DNA from: Anthoceros angustus
Taxonomy: Eukaryota; Plantae; Anthocerotophyta
DNA: 64,000 bases
Assembly (NCBI GenBank): GCA_010909165.1
Contig: VJWM01000179.1
Coordinates: forward strand, 372,001 to 436,000
Direction of reading: 5' to 3'
Made by a program: the position numbers and the translations under genes. Under the pieces are notes generated by a model, which saw only the letters and a list, made by a program, of their open reading frames with translations, made no database searches and was not told where the DNA came from. This document shows, in pieces, positions 1 to 12,940 of the stretch. Positions within the stretch are counted from its first letter, which is position 1. Every line of letters begins with the position of its first letter.

Positions 1-2
1 TA

Positions 3-350
3 AGACTTTGGTTGCGTTTCCGAGGCCGTTGCGATTCGTCGAATCGCAACAGGCGACGCGTGGCCCAGTCGGACTTGGCGGCGGACAAAAGAGAAAAGGG
101 GGTCCTTGTTGCTTTCGTCACCCTTAGCTCCAGGCATAAATAATCGGGAAATAATCGTGGGCGACTCCTGCATCTCCATAGTATATGGAAAAACGTCGGT
201 GGTTTTGTGAGGCGGAGGCGGAGGCGGGGGCGGAGGCGGTGGCGGTGGCACCGGCACCGGCACCAGCAACGGTAACGGTGACGGGATTCTGGGTAGGGAA
301 GGAAAGAAGAAGAAGAAGAAGAAGAAGAGGAAAAAAAGGAAAGGCTGCAT
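3..350 (-). CDS. Open frame running off the left edge: Phe-rich hydrophobic N-terminus then poly-Pro; possible first exon of a host gene
   Basis: ATG at 350 (minus) reads MQPFLFFLFFFFFFFFPSLPRIPSPLPLLVPVPV-P13-HKTTDVFPY... with no stop to position 3. It is absent from the ORF track, probably because there is no stop in the window. It is built partly from (GAA)n and GCGGAG repeats, so it could be a chance frame. Confidence 0.3.
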   Translation of the reverse strand, partial: MQPFLFFLFFFFFFFFPSLPRIPSPLPLLVPVPVPPPPPPPPPPPPPHKTTDVFPYTMEMQESPTIISRLFMPGAKGDESNKDPLFSFVRRQVRLGHASPVAIRRIATASETQPKS

Positions 351-3300
351 TTCCCGAGTCCCCTTGGGAGCCCTTGGCCTTCTTTCAAGGCGGAATGACG
401 GGAGTGCGGGCCCTTCCGTTCCGTTATGCCGCGACCTGCTCTCATCCGATTCCGGGAGAATGCAACGCAAGGGTCCAGAGGCGGCCACGTCCTACCGGAA
501 GCCCCACAACTGAGCGCAGCCTATGATGGGCCGGATTGCCGGGATTCCGGTAAGCTCCAAGCCAGCACCAGGTGATTTTTCTTCCTCTTTTCCTCTGCTC
601 TTAACTGGGCCTGGGCCGCGCGGCGCTGCGGGTGTTATGTGTGGGGTGGAAGCAGCGAGGAAACGGCTCGCCTCCCGCCTTTCTTTATCCAACGTCACCA
701 CAAAGTCGCCACAAACGAATTCATTACTCTCGCTTCTTCTGGGCCTGGACAGCCAGCCTTCACATTATTGGCGTTTCGCGGCCGCGAATGGGAGGTCCGG
801 GGCAGCCTTTTGCTGTCACAGCCTATCACGTATGCCCGCAGCCAGGCCCAGCTACGAGGTGGGACCCGCCGGGCTTCGCCTCCGCAAAGTGGATGTGTTA
901 GATCAAGCGGCAAGCGGCAAAGCGGCAAGCACATGTTCTCCAGACTCCAGACATTCCCTGCGATGTTCTGTCTTAAAACGAGTTCCCCTTTTAAAATGAA
1001 AGATTCACTCCAGATGCAGAATCTGCATTTCAGATTGACCGGCAACTCTATCGGTCTCTCGGTCCCGGGGACCGGCCACTTTCGAACTGACCTGGCCTCA
1101 CATTACATACACAATCGTGTTAACCAATGAGATTACATAGAATATCGTGTTCCATTAATGAGCCATGGACATGGATAGGGGAACGTCGGTCCGGCAATGG
1201 GCATCCTTCTCGCTGGGCACACGTTTATTCCGTGTCAGGAAGTGAGGATAGCAGGGATATGCGGCTTCAATGCGTCACCAAGGATGGCGCGGAGCTGGCA
1301 TCCATGCCTGCGATGGGTGCGCGTCATCCCCATACAGGATATGTCCCATGCGCTTCAATTGCAGTAAATATCCAGACAAGTCCCTTTGGCTCGCCGCTGT
1401 CATCAGCTAGGTCTGCACTACCTACAGGCCCGCCTAGGCATTCGGAAAATTGGAAAGCCCGGCGCAGCAGTAGTGAATCAGACAATCCAAGGCAAGCATC
1501 CCCGGCCCAGTGATGAGACAAGGTACCCACCTACTTACGCCTACCAGCACTCTGGCGCCCTGAGGCCTGTCTAATTAATGCTGCTGCAGCGTGAGCCGTG
1601 CTCCTGATGCGGCAGACTACCAGAGGCCCACAGCCAGACTGTACTTAGGGGGCCGTCTTAAACCACAGCACGCAAGAGCTGCGAATGTCACTGGGCCTCA
1701 CGTACAAGTACAAGTACCGGCAGTGGGCGGCTTCAAGGCTAGGCTTCCAATGCCACTTGTGGGTGCATTCGTTCTTGAATTGGAGCTGCCGCTTCATAAG
1801 GACATGAATTTGACATCCCCGCGGGACCAGGCCGGCATCGCGCGCAGCGTCTGGACACCAGTTCAACTGAAGGCGTCCCTTGGCGATCCGGATCCGGAAC
1901 TGTAGCTGGTTCAGAGTCGCTTACAGAAAGGTTTGTCTGAATTGAATCCAGGAGCCTGGAGCCCGGAGCCTGGAGCAGCGTTAATTGGGCGGGTCCGAAG
2001 TCGCCCTCAGCTGCCAGTACCAGCATGGCAGCGGTAGAATATGTAAGTGCCGGCGTCGCCATCGCCCTGTGACGGTGAAATGTAGTTACTCCTTCAGATA
2101 GGCGCGTGGGACGTGCGAATAACGTCAACTCCTGGGCAGCTCGCGAATCTGAGCGAGCGCACGCGGGCCATGGGTGAAAGCAACCTCGTGCTCATCCTGC
2201 CATGTCGTTGCCTGGCACTGGCAGTCCCACTCCCCCGCCTCGCCCCAGTCCTCGCTCGCTTGCGTCCAGCTTCAGCCCAGCATACAATATTCAACAGGAC
2301 AGCAAATCATGGTAGGCCTAGGCCGGGCCTCGGCCCTGGAGCAGCCGGTAGAGGAAGGGGGGCGGCAGGCAGCTCAGGTGCCACTGCCGTCGCCTTCACC
2401 CTGGGGCTTCAACACCATCCCTCCCCTGGCCAGCTCACTGGAAAATCCCTCCTCCCCTCAGCCTACTCCTTTGCCTTCGTTAGCTCACTTGCGCTGTCAC
2501 ACCCAGCTACCGGGTAAGCTGACTTTAAGCTTATTACTTTATTTTGATTTGTGTAATCGAGTGTGCTGCAGCCCTTTCTAAAGACCGGTTTACCAAGCAT
2601 ATAAGCCGCAAGAATTCATCATACTTGTTCCGCAAGAGTACGCCGGCCTTTGTTGAAAACATATCAAAGATATGTATTTATTTTAAGATTTTCATATAAT
2701 ATATTTATTATCTATATATTAATTTATTACAATATATGCAAGGGTTATGTTTTGGCACAACCATTGTGTCCAAAAGACCAAAGTTGGGTGTGCGCTCACC
2801 ACCAAAGTACTAGTGTCATGTATAGCGAGGAGAAAGCATCACTCACATTTCAAAGTCCACAACCAAAGTTGGTCGTGCACCAACCGCCAAAGTGCTACGG
2901 CAGAGCGACAGCATCACTTAGATTTCAAAGACTGGAAGACAGCCTTCGTACTTAAAACTGGACAACTGGGTACACGATAGGTACCTTCCTTTATATGTCA
3001 TGTTTTTACTCAATCATTGTGTTCGAAGGACCAAAGACAGGGGTATGTCCCGACCGCCAAAGTGCTACGACAACGGAAGCATTACTAGATTTGGAAGTAC
3101 AGGGGACTGCTTGCAAATCAATGAGACTAAAGAATTGGATACAAAAGGTACTTGCGTAACTGACTCGTCTTGCTCACAATCATTGTGTCCAAAATCCAAG
3201 GTTGGTACCTAAGTACGAGGCTTTTCCATGTCCATTCAGCCTGTCATTCTCACCTCATCTTGGCCAACTTGGAATGTGGTTGCCATTTGCATTGGTACTC

Positions 3301-4899
3301 TTCCCAATGATTTTGTACGTATGATTTGGTATTCTGCACCAATGATTTTTTGATTGATTGGACGTGCGTCACCACGAGCAGAAACGTACTTGAAAAACCT
3401 TTCTTGAAAGTGAGGTGCCGAGGGGTTGGTAATATTCGTGCACACACACAAGCTAGCTAGAAAGCGAGGTCAGTAACTTTCACGACGTTCATGTAATGCC
3501 TTATATGTACGATGTTCATGTGTTGGATATTGCTAACATTTCAATGAGTACAAATGCCATATGTGTTTTTGGTATGTATGTACATCGATTATGTGTTTGG
3601 GATGGATGGACCCTCCAAGATTTGGAACCGTGTTGAAACCATACTAATAATAGCTTCTCAGTAGTGGAGTTTTTTTTAGTGCAATAGAAGTAGAATTTGC
3701 AGCGGGATCGAAGATGTAAAATATTTATAAAAAAAAACTAAATTTGAAAATCACTGTTCTTTGATTAAGTTTTGTGCCCATTGTGCCATTGGACAATACC
3801 ATCATCTCTTCAAAAACCACAAGTTAGCCCTTCCATCTAATTAGGTATGCTCGTGACGAAAAAGGTTATTTAAAGCTTAACATTATAATATATATTTTAA
3901 GTAATGAATAAAAAACATTAGTTAATGTTATGGGATGAGGTCGAGCCAGCGTGTCACTGGTGCGTTCTTGATATATTTCCAGGTTACGAGTACAAAGGCG
4001 ACTGGTGACCGTGGCGGCCTCATTGCAACATTCTCGAAAGCCAGCTTGCTGCGATTCCGTCTACTTCCCCCAGCTGCCTCCTCATTGCGTGTCTGACCAG
4101 TTCCTCTCTGGGCTGAGTTGCACAGTTCCCTTATTCTTCGCACCTACCCTCTTGTGGAGACCTCGTCCCGGTGATCGATAATGATCATCATCAAAAGCGA
4201 CTCTACAACCTTTGCTTTGCTGCTGTGAATGATGCCGTTGCGCCTCGTTTGAGGCAAGGAGTGACTTGGGAAATCTCTATTCATGCGCTCTGTGAAGAGG
4301 GGCTTCCCAGATCTCTCATCTTTCATCTGTAACGCGTGAAAGATCGTGGAAACATGTCCTTCTAAGCTCTAACTCGATATTGTCGTGACTCATGTGTAAT
4401 GGCTTCACTCCACTGAGCTCGTGGATAGACTTTGGTGGAAGAGCGGTTTCTCAGATCCCTTATTGCACAACGTGGATAGCTTGTGAGTGAGAGCTTGGTC
4501 GCCAAGTATATGTGTTCTTACAGTGGGTCTCTTCTTGTTGGAACATGGTAATATTTGAAGGGGCTGAATATACATCAAGCAGCTTCATAGGCCAATATAC
4601 GCTGAACAGGGTTTGTGATGGGTATCAAATCGGTTCTATGCTACATAGATAGCGGAAAACACTAAAAAATTATGGTGTACAACATGTGGATCATAGGATC
4701 CATGGTTGGGACAAGAATGGTTTGCACGCCGACACAATACATGATTCGACGAGAATGGAGACCCATGCCTGACTGTGAAAGATGAAGAGTTGTTTACTGT
4801 TCTGATGAGGAATATGAGCACAGCATGTAAGAATTTGAAGGATGTTCAGGTCGGCGAGCCAGAAATACGCTCTGGAATATCATTTTGTCGCCGGGTCTG

Positions 4900-5183
4900 G
4901 ATGACCATTTGATTCCAACACTGGCCAAGCACATTGGTGTGAGTCGCAAGGCATCCGATCTGCAGTGAAATTGCGGGGTCGGAAGGATTGTCGGGGCCAA
5001 GGTATGTGGTGCGGGTCCGGAAGGAAGCTTAGGTCTGATGTGATTTCGGATGATGTGAAAGCGGCGTTACGCAGTGCAGGAGCTCGCCTCTCGACCTTCC
5101 TCCAACACAAAGGACACAAGTGCCTACGTACCGGACCAAACACTTTTGACCAGCACATCATCCACTTCTTGGATACTTCACAG
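4900..5183 (+). pseudogene. Sola2-like transposase A, N-terminal exon
   Basis: ORF 4965-5192 contains RKLRSDVISDDVK...HIIHFLDTSQ. The HIIHFLDTS end is shared with the minus-strand copy at 32483-32818, and it is followed by a CAG|GTGAGA donor. Confidence 0.7.
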
Positions 5184-5948
5184 GTGAGATGAATATGTGG
5201 TCCCTGGATTCCATGCTTGTGTTGTGAGTGGAAACCTTCATTTGTGCTACTCCCCTTACCTTCCATGCTTGTCTGTACTGCACGGTGTGCGTTATATGCT
5301 AGCACTACCTTCCAAATTCTGTGTATGACTCTTGGGCATGATGGTATTGGGGTCAGTAAGGGTGTTCACGTAGGCTTCACATAGGCATGCTGGTGTTGTG
5401 ATTTAGGGACCGGTGATATGGGGTGGACAGATTGGTGTTCAGCAGAAGGGCTATGTGATGCCTTGTATGGCCTTGTGATGGTTTGGGCTGATTGGTGATG
5501 CTGATTCCTGCAGCCTGTTATGTTTGGGCCGGCAAGTGCCAGGTTCCACGGTTTGGTGTGGGGAGGACGGCGGGTGTTGTGGTTGCCGCCCGCGTGATTG
5601 GGTGGTCGCCTGGGTGATTTTAGTGGACGCGTGGATGATGTCTTGGGACGGTGGTGATGTGGTGGTCCGCTATCTTGTTGATTGATCGTTGGTGATGTGG
5701 ATGATGGCATGGTGATAAGGTGGACGGATTGGTGATGTCATGGAGTAGGTGGTGCTACATTTGCAGCCTTAGTGATGTGGTGGATGTGTTGGTGTTGTGG
5801 ATGATGGAATGGTGATCACACATGCGGTTTGGTGATGTTTTGGAGTTGTTCCATTTTAGTTGGCATCGCTTGGTGACCTCGAGTCCATCGTTGGAAGTGT
5901 GTTGCACGTTTTGATATTGGCCATCCCATCGGTTATACCAGTTTGCAG
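5184..5948 (+). other. Putative spliceosomal intron in transposase A containing GGTGAT-rich simple repeats
   Basis: Donor cag|GTGAGA at 5184 and acceptor tttgcAG|gagctatat at 5948. Coding similarity stops at the donor and resumes after the acceptor. Confidence 0.55.
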
Positions 5949-6335
5949 GAGCTATATGTAATGAAATCGCCTGTTCGTGATGTGTGCGCATGCACTTACC
6001 GCGGTTCGCCAAGAGCATCCTGACATTTCAGTTGGGCAGCGAACTTTTGAGAAATTGAAGCCGTATTTTGTGAAGAACTTGCAGGAACGGAACTTGTGCT
6101 GTTGCCGTTATCATGTGGAAATGGCCTTTCTCAAGGACGCTTTCAATGCTATGCGCGGTTGTCTTCCAAGTGTGCATCCCAGAGGACAATGTCGCTGTCT
6201 GTGTGACATTTGTGCTCCCCAAGAAGGTGACAAGCTTGTTCAAGAGTGTAGTGCAGGCAACACATGTGTTGTATCTGTAAGGATGTTGTGCGAAAGTGCT
6301 TTGCGTGAGAAGGAGGCAAATGCTGGATGGCACAA
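5949..6335 (+). pseudogene. Sola2-like transposase A, Cys-rich segment
   Basis: HPDISVGQRTFEKLKPYFVKNLQERNLCCCRYHVEMAFL...WH. The same motif occurs at 31205-31690 (minus). It ends exactly at the ACAA target site of the inserted element. Confidence 0.8.
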
Positions 6336-6412
6336 AACATCATAATTTTTGAAGGGGGTGAATAATCTCAAGGGGTTTTCAGAATAATCTCCTCAAGGGG
6401 TTTTGATGGGCC

Positions 6413-7500
6413 CTAAAACAGCTTTTTAAGGCATTCCGGAAAACATCTCAAAAAAAGGGTGTCACCCACTAAAGTTCCTACTTTCCATCCAGCAATGTTT
6501 CTGTCAAATGGTGCTTGCAAACTCGAACAAATGGGATTAATGCAAAGTAGGAACGGTAAGGAAGGTTCTACCGGGATGTAAAAATTCGATTTTGGGATGG
6601 AAATGTGGTTTAGTAAGGACACAACAAAAGCCACGAGGTATTTCCAAAACACGAACATGGAACTTACAACATTCACTCTGGGACCCAAACGTGATTTGAT
6701 TTCACTCATCACGAGTTCAATCCATCGTCATCACTTGGTCCGACTTCTCATTGTCATCACTATCTTCGCACTTTGACTCGCAGTTGTATGAAGCCACGCA
6801 ACTCATGAGCTTATCCCTTATCGCTTTTTGTCCACCGATACACATGTTTCCGCATGCTCAACACAAACCCATAATGAGGATGGTGTTTCATTCACAAAAC
6901 ACCTCTGTATGTTTTTGGTAATGGACCTTATTCCCTTTTTCCTCGGCATTGGACGGATGGGTTACCACTCGGCGGACTATGTATTCACATATCTCCCTTC
7001 ATACGCATCTGTGCTCGGTCCGATACGTGGATAAGAAAGTGAGGTCGTGGTGCATCTAGCTTCGTCAATGACCTCCCAATCCGTAATGGCCTGTTATGCG
7101 TGTCCATAGTGCGGCACGCGAAACATCCCTTCGGATTTCCATTATGTCCCCATTCATCCGCCATTTCCAGTTGCCTTCCGCATTTTGATATGCACATATC
7201 ACGCGTGGAGGTCCCTCAATAATGCCTCATCTAGCAAAGCTTCATCCGCACTTGAAGTGGTCAGTATGATCCACTTCGCACGTGAAAACCACTTCCAAGG
7301 ACGTAGCACTAGCCCAATGTTATTCTCCACAATGATAGCAATCTCCTTCCGGTCCACCCAAAAGGCTTCCCACCACTTGTACTCTTCAATCACCTATGGA
7401 CGCAAATCTTTTAACCCTTCCCGCAAATGGGCCACACCTTCCATCGGTGATAGGATACACGTTCCTTCTTGTCCCCCTAGCTTCACCCGCATGCACTGTG
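6413..7500 (-). pseudogene. C-terminal remnant of a DUF7869-type transposase within element B
   Basis: EEYKWWEAFW...LRPWKWFSR and AYEGRY align by eye with ADKIWWNGFW...IPWQWYNR and AFEGRY of the transposase at 9833-10840. In copy 2 (58900-58960), FVNETTILRHGFVL aligns with LAETFILSYGFAL. Confidence 0.65.
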
Positions 7501-7845
7501 GTGCTAAGGGAGGCGCCGGCCGCGCCTCCCTAGCACACCGCCCATGGGCGGCCGGCGCCTCCCCTAACACACCGCCCATGGGCGCCGGCGCCCGCCCAAC
7601 ACGCCACCTTGCCCATGGGCGCCGGCCGCGCCTCCCCTAACACACCACGCCCATGGGCGCGGCCGCCTCCCCTAGCACACCGCCCATGGGCGGCCGGCGC
7701 CCCCCAACACGCCCGCCCATGGGCGCCGGCCGCCGGCGCCTCCCTAGCACACCGCCCATGGGCGGCCGGCGCCCCCCAACACGCCCGCCCGCCCATGGGG
7801 CCGGCCGGCGCCTCCCCTAACACACCTGCCTACCCATGGGCGCAT
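7500..7845. repeat. GC-rich array of CCCATGGG / GGCGCC / GCCGGC palindromes in the centre of element B
   Basis: Repeated units such as gcccatgggcggccggcgcctcccctaacacacc. Confidence 0.85.
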
Positions 7846-8710
7846 GGGCTCCTCCATGTCTTTAAGAAAATAAATATTTAGCGCCTCAAAAGTCTTCAAC
7901 TTGGGATTGTTGGTCAAGTGTTTGGGAAATAAGTGTAGTAATGAATAGGTTTGTGTTCAAAACCGTATCTTCTTATAACTCAATTTTGTTGATTTTAAGG
8001 ATGCTTGCATGGGCGCATGGGCAACTAACTTTGTTCATTTTAAGGACGTTGGCATTGCCTTAAAGCCCAAGTGGTTGCATTGAGTGCCGAAGGTTGAAGA
8101 CCACATTGGCGACCTTTTGGATGAGGGTCGCAGACCAGATAGATGTGGTGGCGCCGACACCGCCGGACGGGCCCAAGAATGATACTATTGAAGACGAGCA
8201 AGCAATGGAGGAGAACGACAACTTTGAGGCGGAGGATATGGACCGCCTCCGGAATATGGCGGTGGTACTTGACTCAGTTTCGGCGCAAGGCATGGATGAG
8301 TCGTTAGGCCGCACTCTTGAATGACTATTGTCGATGTTGATGACCACTTCCTCCTTTAGCAGTTGTTTGTTGCAATGTTCTCATGACCATTGAAATGAGA
8401 CTCCCGCTAGTACAGGATTGTTTTCATTGTGTTCCACCACTTGAAAGTAAAAGTTTTCGGTTGTAATAAACATATGAAAATGGCAGCCCTCTGTGCATTC
8501 TACAAAAACTCAGACGGGCCCACACCCTACTGTGCTCCAATTCTCGGGTGTAGACTTGAAAGTGCAGTCTTTTATCAAAGGAATGACCTCAAAAAGTGTG
8601 TGCGCATTATCAAAGTAGGGCAAATATATTGGTGAAGGTGTACATCGTGACAAGGGGTGTCATCTCGAGAAGGGGTTACTATATTCCCCCCCTTCAAAAA
8701 TTATCATGTT

Positions 8711-9068
8711 ACAACCTCGCATATCCGTAGGGGGCACTTGTGGCTGTGTGGGGAAATTGTCGGTCCCACGAGTCATCGAATGACATGCTTCTCATCTCGT
8801 GGCGCTTTCAATACCAAGTCGTTGGTTCTAACCATGATGGGCATGAGAAGAAGCGGATCAAACTTGTTTTCATGGAGACTCATCCAGCTGATTTCGTCCT
8901 GTACTTGAAAGAAAAATTGAAAGAGTTCATCCTGCACGATTTTGTACAACGATGGCAAGGGTTGGAATTTCGTCAGTGCTTGGAGTGGTTCCGGACTGAT
9001 GTTGTCGTCTCTGTCATGGACTTTAGTCAGAACTATGCGTTTGGTGTTCAAAACGAAATTCAATCTAT
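8711..9068 (+). pseudogene. Sola2-like transposase A, first catalytic Asp region
   Basis: KLKEFILHDFVQRWQGLEFRQCLEWFRTDVVVSVMDFSQNYAFGVQNEIQS matches the DF(A/S)ENY...Q.EIQS motif. Confidence 0.85.
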
Positions 9069-9103
9069 AACAGCGTCTGGGTAGAAAGGGGTTTCTCCGG
9101 TAA
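9069..9103 (+). repeat. Left TIR of the MTase-carrying element
   Basis: aacagcgtctgggtagaaaggggtttctccggtaa. Confidence 0.92.
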
Positions 9104-9548
9104 TAAGGGGTTTAGGCAAAAAGTCCGTCTTTTCTTAGGCAAAAACGCCCCGGCGGGATGTTTTCCTGGTTTTCAGCATGTGCACTTGACTTGGAATACA
9201 GTGATGTATTCCAGGGTGCCCGGCTCTGCATGTTTTGGCCCCACCGTACCTCCATTTAGGCAGTGAAAGAGCCATTTAAGAAGGTGTAAATGAAATTAAA
9301 TATGTGTTTTGCTAGGTTTTTTAGCATGTCTTCATGTCATCCGTAACGGGGTTTGCTCGGCGGCTTGCATCCAGATATGAGTGCGCGCACAAGCGCGCAC
9401 TCAACGCCTCATGCATGCAATTATATATTGGGTCTATATCCGAGAATGATTAACATATGAAATTATTGGATGATGAAGTTTGCAAATCAACCGCAATGCA
9501 AAATCGCTATTATTCCAATGTAGGTGATACTCAATGGTGTGCGGAAGA

Positions 9549-12500
9549 TCATCTCTTCCATCTACCATGAGGGATCGCAATTCTGAGGACAAACATGGTC
9601 ATTACGCTGCCCGTTTTTCCTTCTAGTCCGTCGGACGCTGGTTGGGAGCTATCTTCAAACATGCCTTCAAAACCCCGTGGGGTTAGGATCTCCATTACCT
9701 CGTCCGCGTGTCCGTCTCGCAATTGGTCCAACTAATGCTTTGGCGGCATGGACTCGCTGGATCATCCTCAACTCGAACATGGTCTTGGGTTTTAATATCA
9801 TTGACCATGATGGTGAAACGTTTCTCCTCGCCTCAAGGTGGTGGGTGAGCCCTTGTCGTTATTCCATTTCCGATTTGCATATGGTGGAGTTCAAATAGCT
9901 TGGTCTTTATGAGCTCTTGGGTTCTCACATAAAGCGTGCTCTCTCGCGTCAGGGCAAACCCATATGAAAGAATAAAGGTCTCCGCCAGCACAAGGCGATC
10001 GAGATGCTTCGGACGCTTCCGCCTTTGACGTAGAGCATTCTTGTCCGCACAGTTCGGTGGCAAAATCTCTTCGGGTATATAACGGCCTTCAAATGCATTG
10101 CTGTTCTCCGTAACCCACCATTGCACGACCAGTGCAGTTCGTCATCGAAATCTAGGTTCTCCACCGCAACCCAAAAGGCTGTTTTGGTCATCCGCCTCAC
10201 ATGCAACGGCAATCATATGGCCACGGATCTCGATCACATCTCCCTAACTGCACTTTCCCTTGCCCTTGCGCCTTGGGATATAATTACCAAGGTACATGCC
10301 TTGGCCCTACGCTCCATCGACCGAGAGAAGCAGAACATCCGGCACAAGGATGGTATCGCTATTTCGCTCAGCCTCTACCCGATTGTACCACTGCCATGGT
10401 ATCTCTAGCTCATGGTCGACGCCACTGGAGATTTTCGTACAGATCAGCGCTTGTGACTCCCAAAAGCCGTTCCACCATATCTTGTCGGCACTGGTAAGGT
10501 ACTTCTGCATCGGCTCTTCGAGTGCCTTCCTGATGCCATCCAATGATCTATGAGGGTTGGGATCTGGAGCTTTCCCATGTACTTGTAGTGCACACAGAGG
10601 TGCCCCACAGATGGGGGTTTCTGGGATGAGGCGAAGAAACTCAAGTCCCTCGTCGGGTTCCCAGTGAGGTGTGGTTGATAAATATTTGCCAAGCACTACA
10701 ACCATGGCCCCGCCTGCGCGTTCTTCCCTCGTGATTTTAAATTGATGTTGATAACTATGGTTGTTCAAACGTCCAAGCAGCATCCGTGCCCCTTTTACCC
10801 ATCCCAGAAGGCCATACATACCTGCTGAAATCCGCAACACCGGTAATCACTTTCACTTCTGGATTTGGGGTATACGCTTGTTCAATAAGCGTCATCAGAG
10901 TTGGTAGCGACATTGCCTTCTTATGTCTTAGACTTTTTGAAAAACAAGAGAACATTTGATCCACTAAATCATGGGTGTGCCCGACAAGAAGGAATCCAAC
11001 TTTAACCTTCTCGAATACCCGCTTCTTCACCAGCATACTCAGATATGCAAACAACAGCATATTCTTGTTCTCCCGCGCGGTGTTGTCCAATTGAAGGTAA
11101 AAGGTCTTTGGCAAGACACCGTCATAGTTGAGTATAATATTTTGAATAATATGTATCTTCAGGTTGGCATCATTGCGGATGTTCAGTTAGTTGACATACA
11201 CCTTCGTCTTCATCACATTATTGTATACCAAACAACCAACAACATGAACACGAATTAACCCATCGAAATCTTTGGAGGCCCCAGATATTATTTTAAAAGC
11301 GGGCCGACTTGGACATTCGGAAGTGCATCTTCCATAATGCGCAAAATGAGAGTGAGATACGTTTGACATCCCCGCTGCGTTCTTCCCTCGTGATTTTAAA
11401 TTGATGTTGATAACTATGGTTGTTCAAGCGTCCAAGCAGCATCCGTGCCCCTTTTACCCATCCAAGGCCATACATACCTTGAAATCCATAACACGGTAAT
11501 CACTTTCACTTGGATTTGGGGTATACGCTTGTTCAATAAGCGTCATCGAGTTAGTAGCGACATTGCCTTCTTATGTCTTAGACTTTTTGAAAAACAAGAG
11601 AACATTTGATCCACGAATCATGGGTGTGCCCGACAAGAAGGAATCCAACTTTAACCTTCTCGAATACCCGCTTCTTCACCAGCATACTCGGATATGCAAA
11701 CAACGATATTCTTGTTCTCTCGCGGTGTTGTCCAATTGAAGGTAAAGGTCTTTGGCAAGACACCGTCATAGTTGAGTATAATATCTTGAATAATATGTAT
11801 CGTCAGTTGGCATCATTGCGGATGTTCGGGTAGTTGACATACACCTTCGTCTTCATCACATTATTGTATACCAAACAACCAACAACATGAACACGAATTA
11901 ACCCATCGAAATCTTTGGAGCACATTTTGCGGGCTCGGATCTTGACATTCGAAGTGCATCTTCCATAATGCGCAAAATGAGAGTGAGATCGTTTGACATC
12001 CCCGCCTGCCACCTCCCGCTTGTAGTCTTGGAAGATCTCGCCTCAGATAGGAGTCGCAGTTGAACACCGCAACATTTGGCATGCGCTCCGCAGTTATCTT
12101 ACAAAATTGGTCCATCCAAGCAATGCATTCTAGCACATGGTCTTGCTTTGGACGGGCTTGGACCTTAATTTCTGATGACCATGGTGTGTTCCGGAGAACC
12201 CTGTTCGTCAGATCGTGATACCGTCTCCATCCAATGCAGAACACCTTGCGAAAACTTCAAACACAACATTGCGTTCTCCGGTCTCCGGAAAGGTAGTTGA
12301 TCACCTTTGTTGTGTCGGGATAGACTTGGACTGCCTCAAGCAGACTTTCCAAATACAGTTCCTGTTGCTCTCGACCCATTCCCAAGAAGCGATACCTGAG
12401 GTTTTCTATATGTTTCCTTCCAACTTTCAGCAAACACCCTTTGCTACAACAATGCGACGACCATGCACTCTGAACCTGCTCAGTAGAACACAACCTTTGC

Positions 12501-12940
12501 GCACGCTTCCACCGTCTGCTGGGATATTGCCGACGTTTTTGAGGGCTGGCCTGCACGAAAGTCTCCGACAAAGCTTTGGGATTGAAGTTTGCTCAAGTCC
12601 TCCAAAACCACCGTCAATGATGTCGCAATCTTCCGATGGAATGTGGAAACGCTCGTCTGCCGCATCGAGAATAGCCTGCCCCGAGAGCATCTTCTCGGCT
12701 GCGAGATCCACGCCCCGCCACTTCCTTGTTCCATGTCACAAAAGATTAGGCCTTGGGAAAGAAGAACTTCGTCATTCTCTAATGGAGTCGATCCATGACC
12801 ATTACCCGTTTTGGAATAGAAGCATCGCGTCGATCCATAATGAACCCGCGCGATGTCTCGATGCCCACTCTCCCGAGGCGATTTGAAACCGCTCCTACAA
12901 CTGTCTTCTACATTCCGCCGCCCGCAATCGAATGCCATGC
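9549..12940 (-). pseudogene. DUF7869-type (Sola1-like) DDD transposase, frameshifted, with an internal tandem duplication
   Basis: Core TFYLQLDNTARENKN...KVKVGFLLVGHTHDLVDQMFS (10755-11114). Upstream are VHVVGCLVY, AWM..F....ERMP and the HCCSKGCL Cys motif; a C-terminal extension follows. Confidence 0.85.
10708..12009. repeat. Tandem duplication, 2 x ~650 bp
   Basis: Units 10708-11370 and 11370-12009 are bounded by ccccgc(c)tgc at 10708, 11370 and 12000. The copies differ mostly by short indels. Confidence 0.9.

Larger units (their letters stand above)
6336..8710. mobile_element. Non-autonomous TIR DNA transposon, element B copy 1; internally deleted relative of the DUF7869 family
   Basis: Left end AACATCATAATTTTTGAAGGGGG is the inverse of the right end CCCCCTTCAAAAATTATCATGTT (one mismatch). 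ACAA flanks both sides (6332-6335 and 8711-8714). The same sequence recurs at 56362 and 58386 onward. Confidence 0.85.

Noticed and set aside
28-50. Perfect 10-bp hairpin gttgcgattc-gtc-gaatcgcaac
   Set aside because: A single short stem with no U-tract or context; it could be chance.
500-2580. Numerous 60-160 aa ORFs, including a hydrophobic-start ORF at 1739-2128 (-)
   Set aside because: GC-rich overlapping frames with no identifiable domain; a gene cannot be supported from sequence alone.
3900-4820. Short minus-strand ORFs upstream of transposase A as a possible accessory gene
   Set aside because: No recognisable motif, and the element boundary is not defined.
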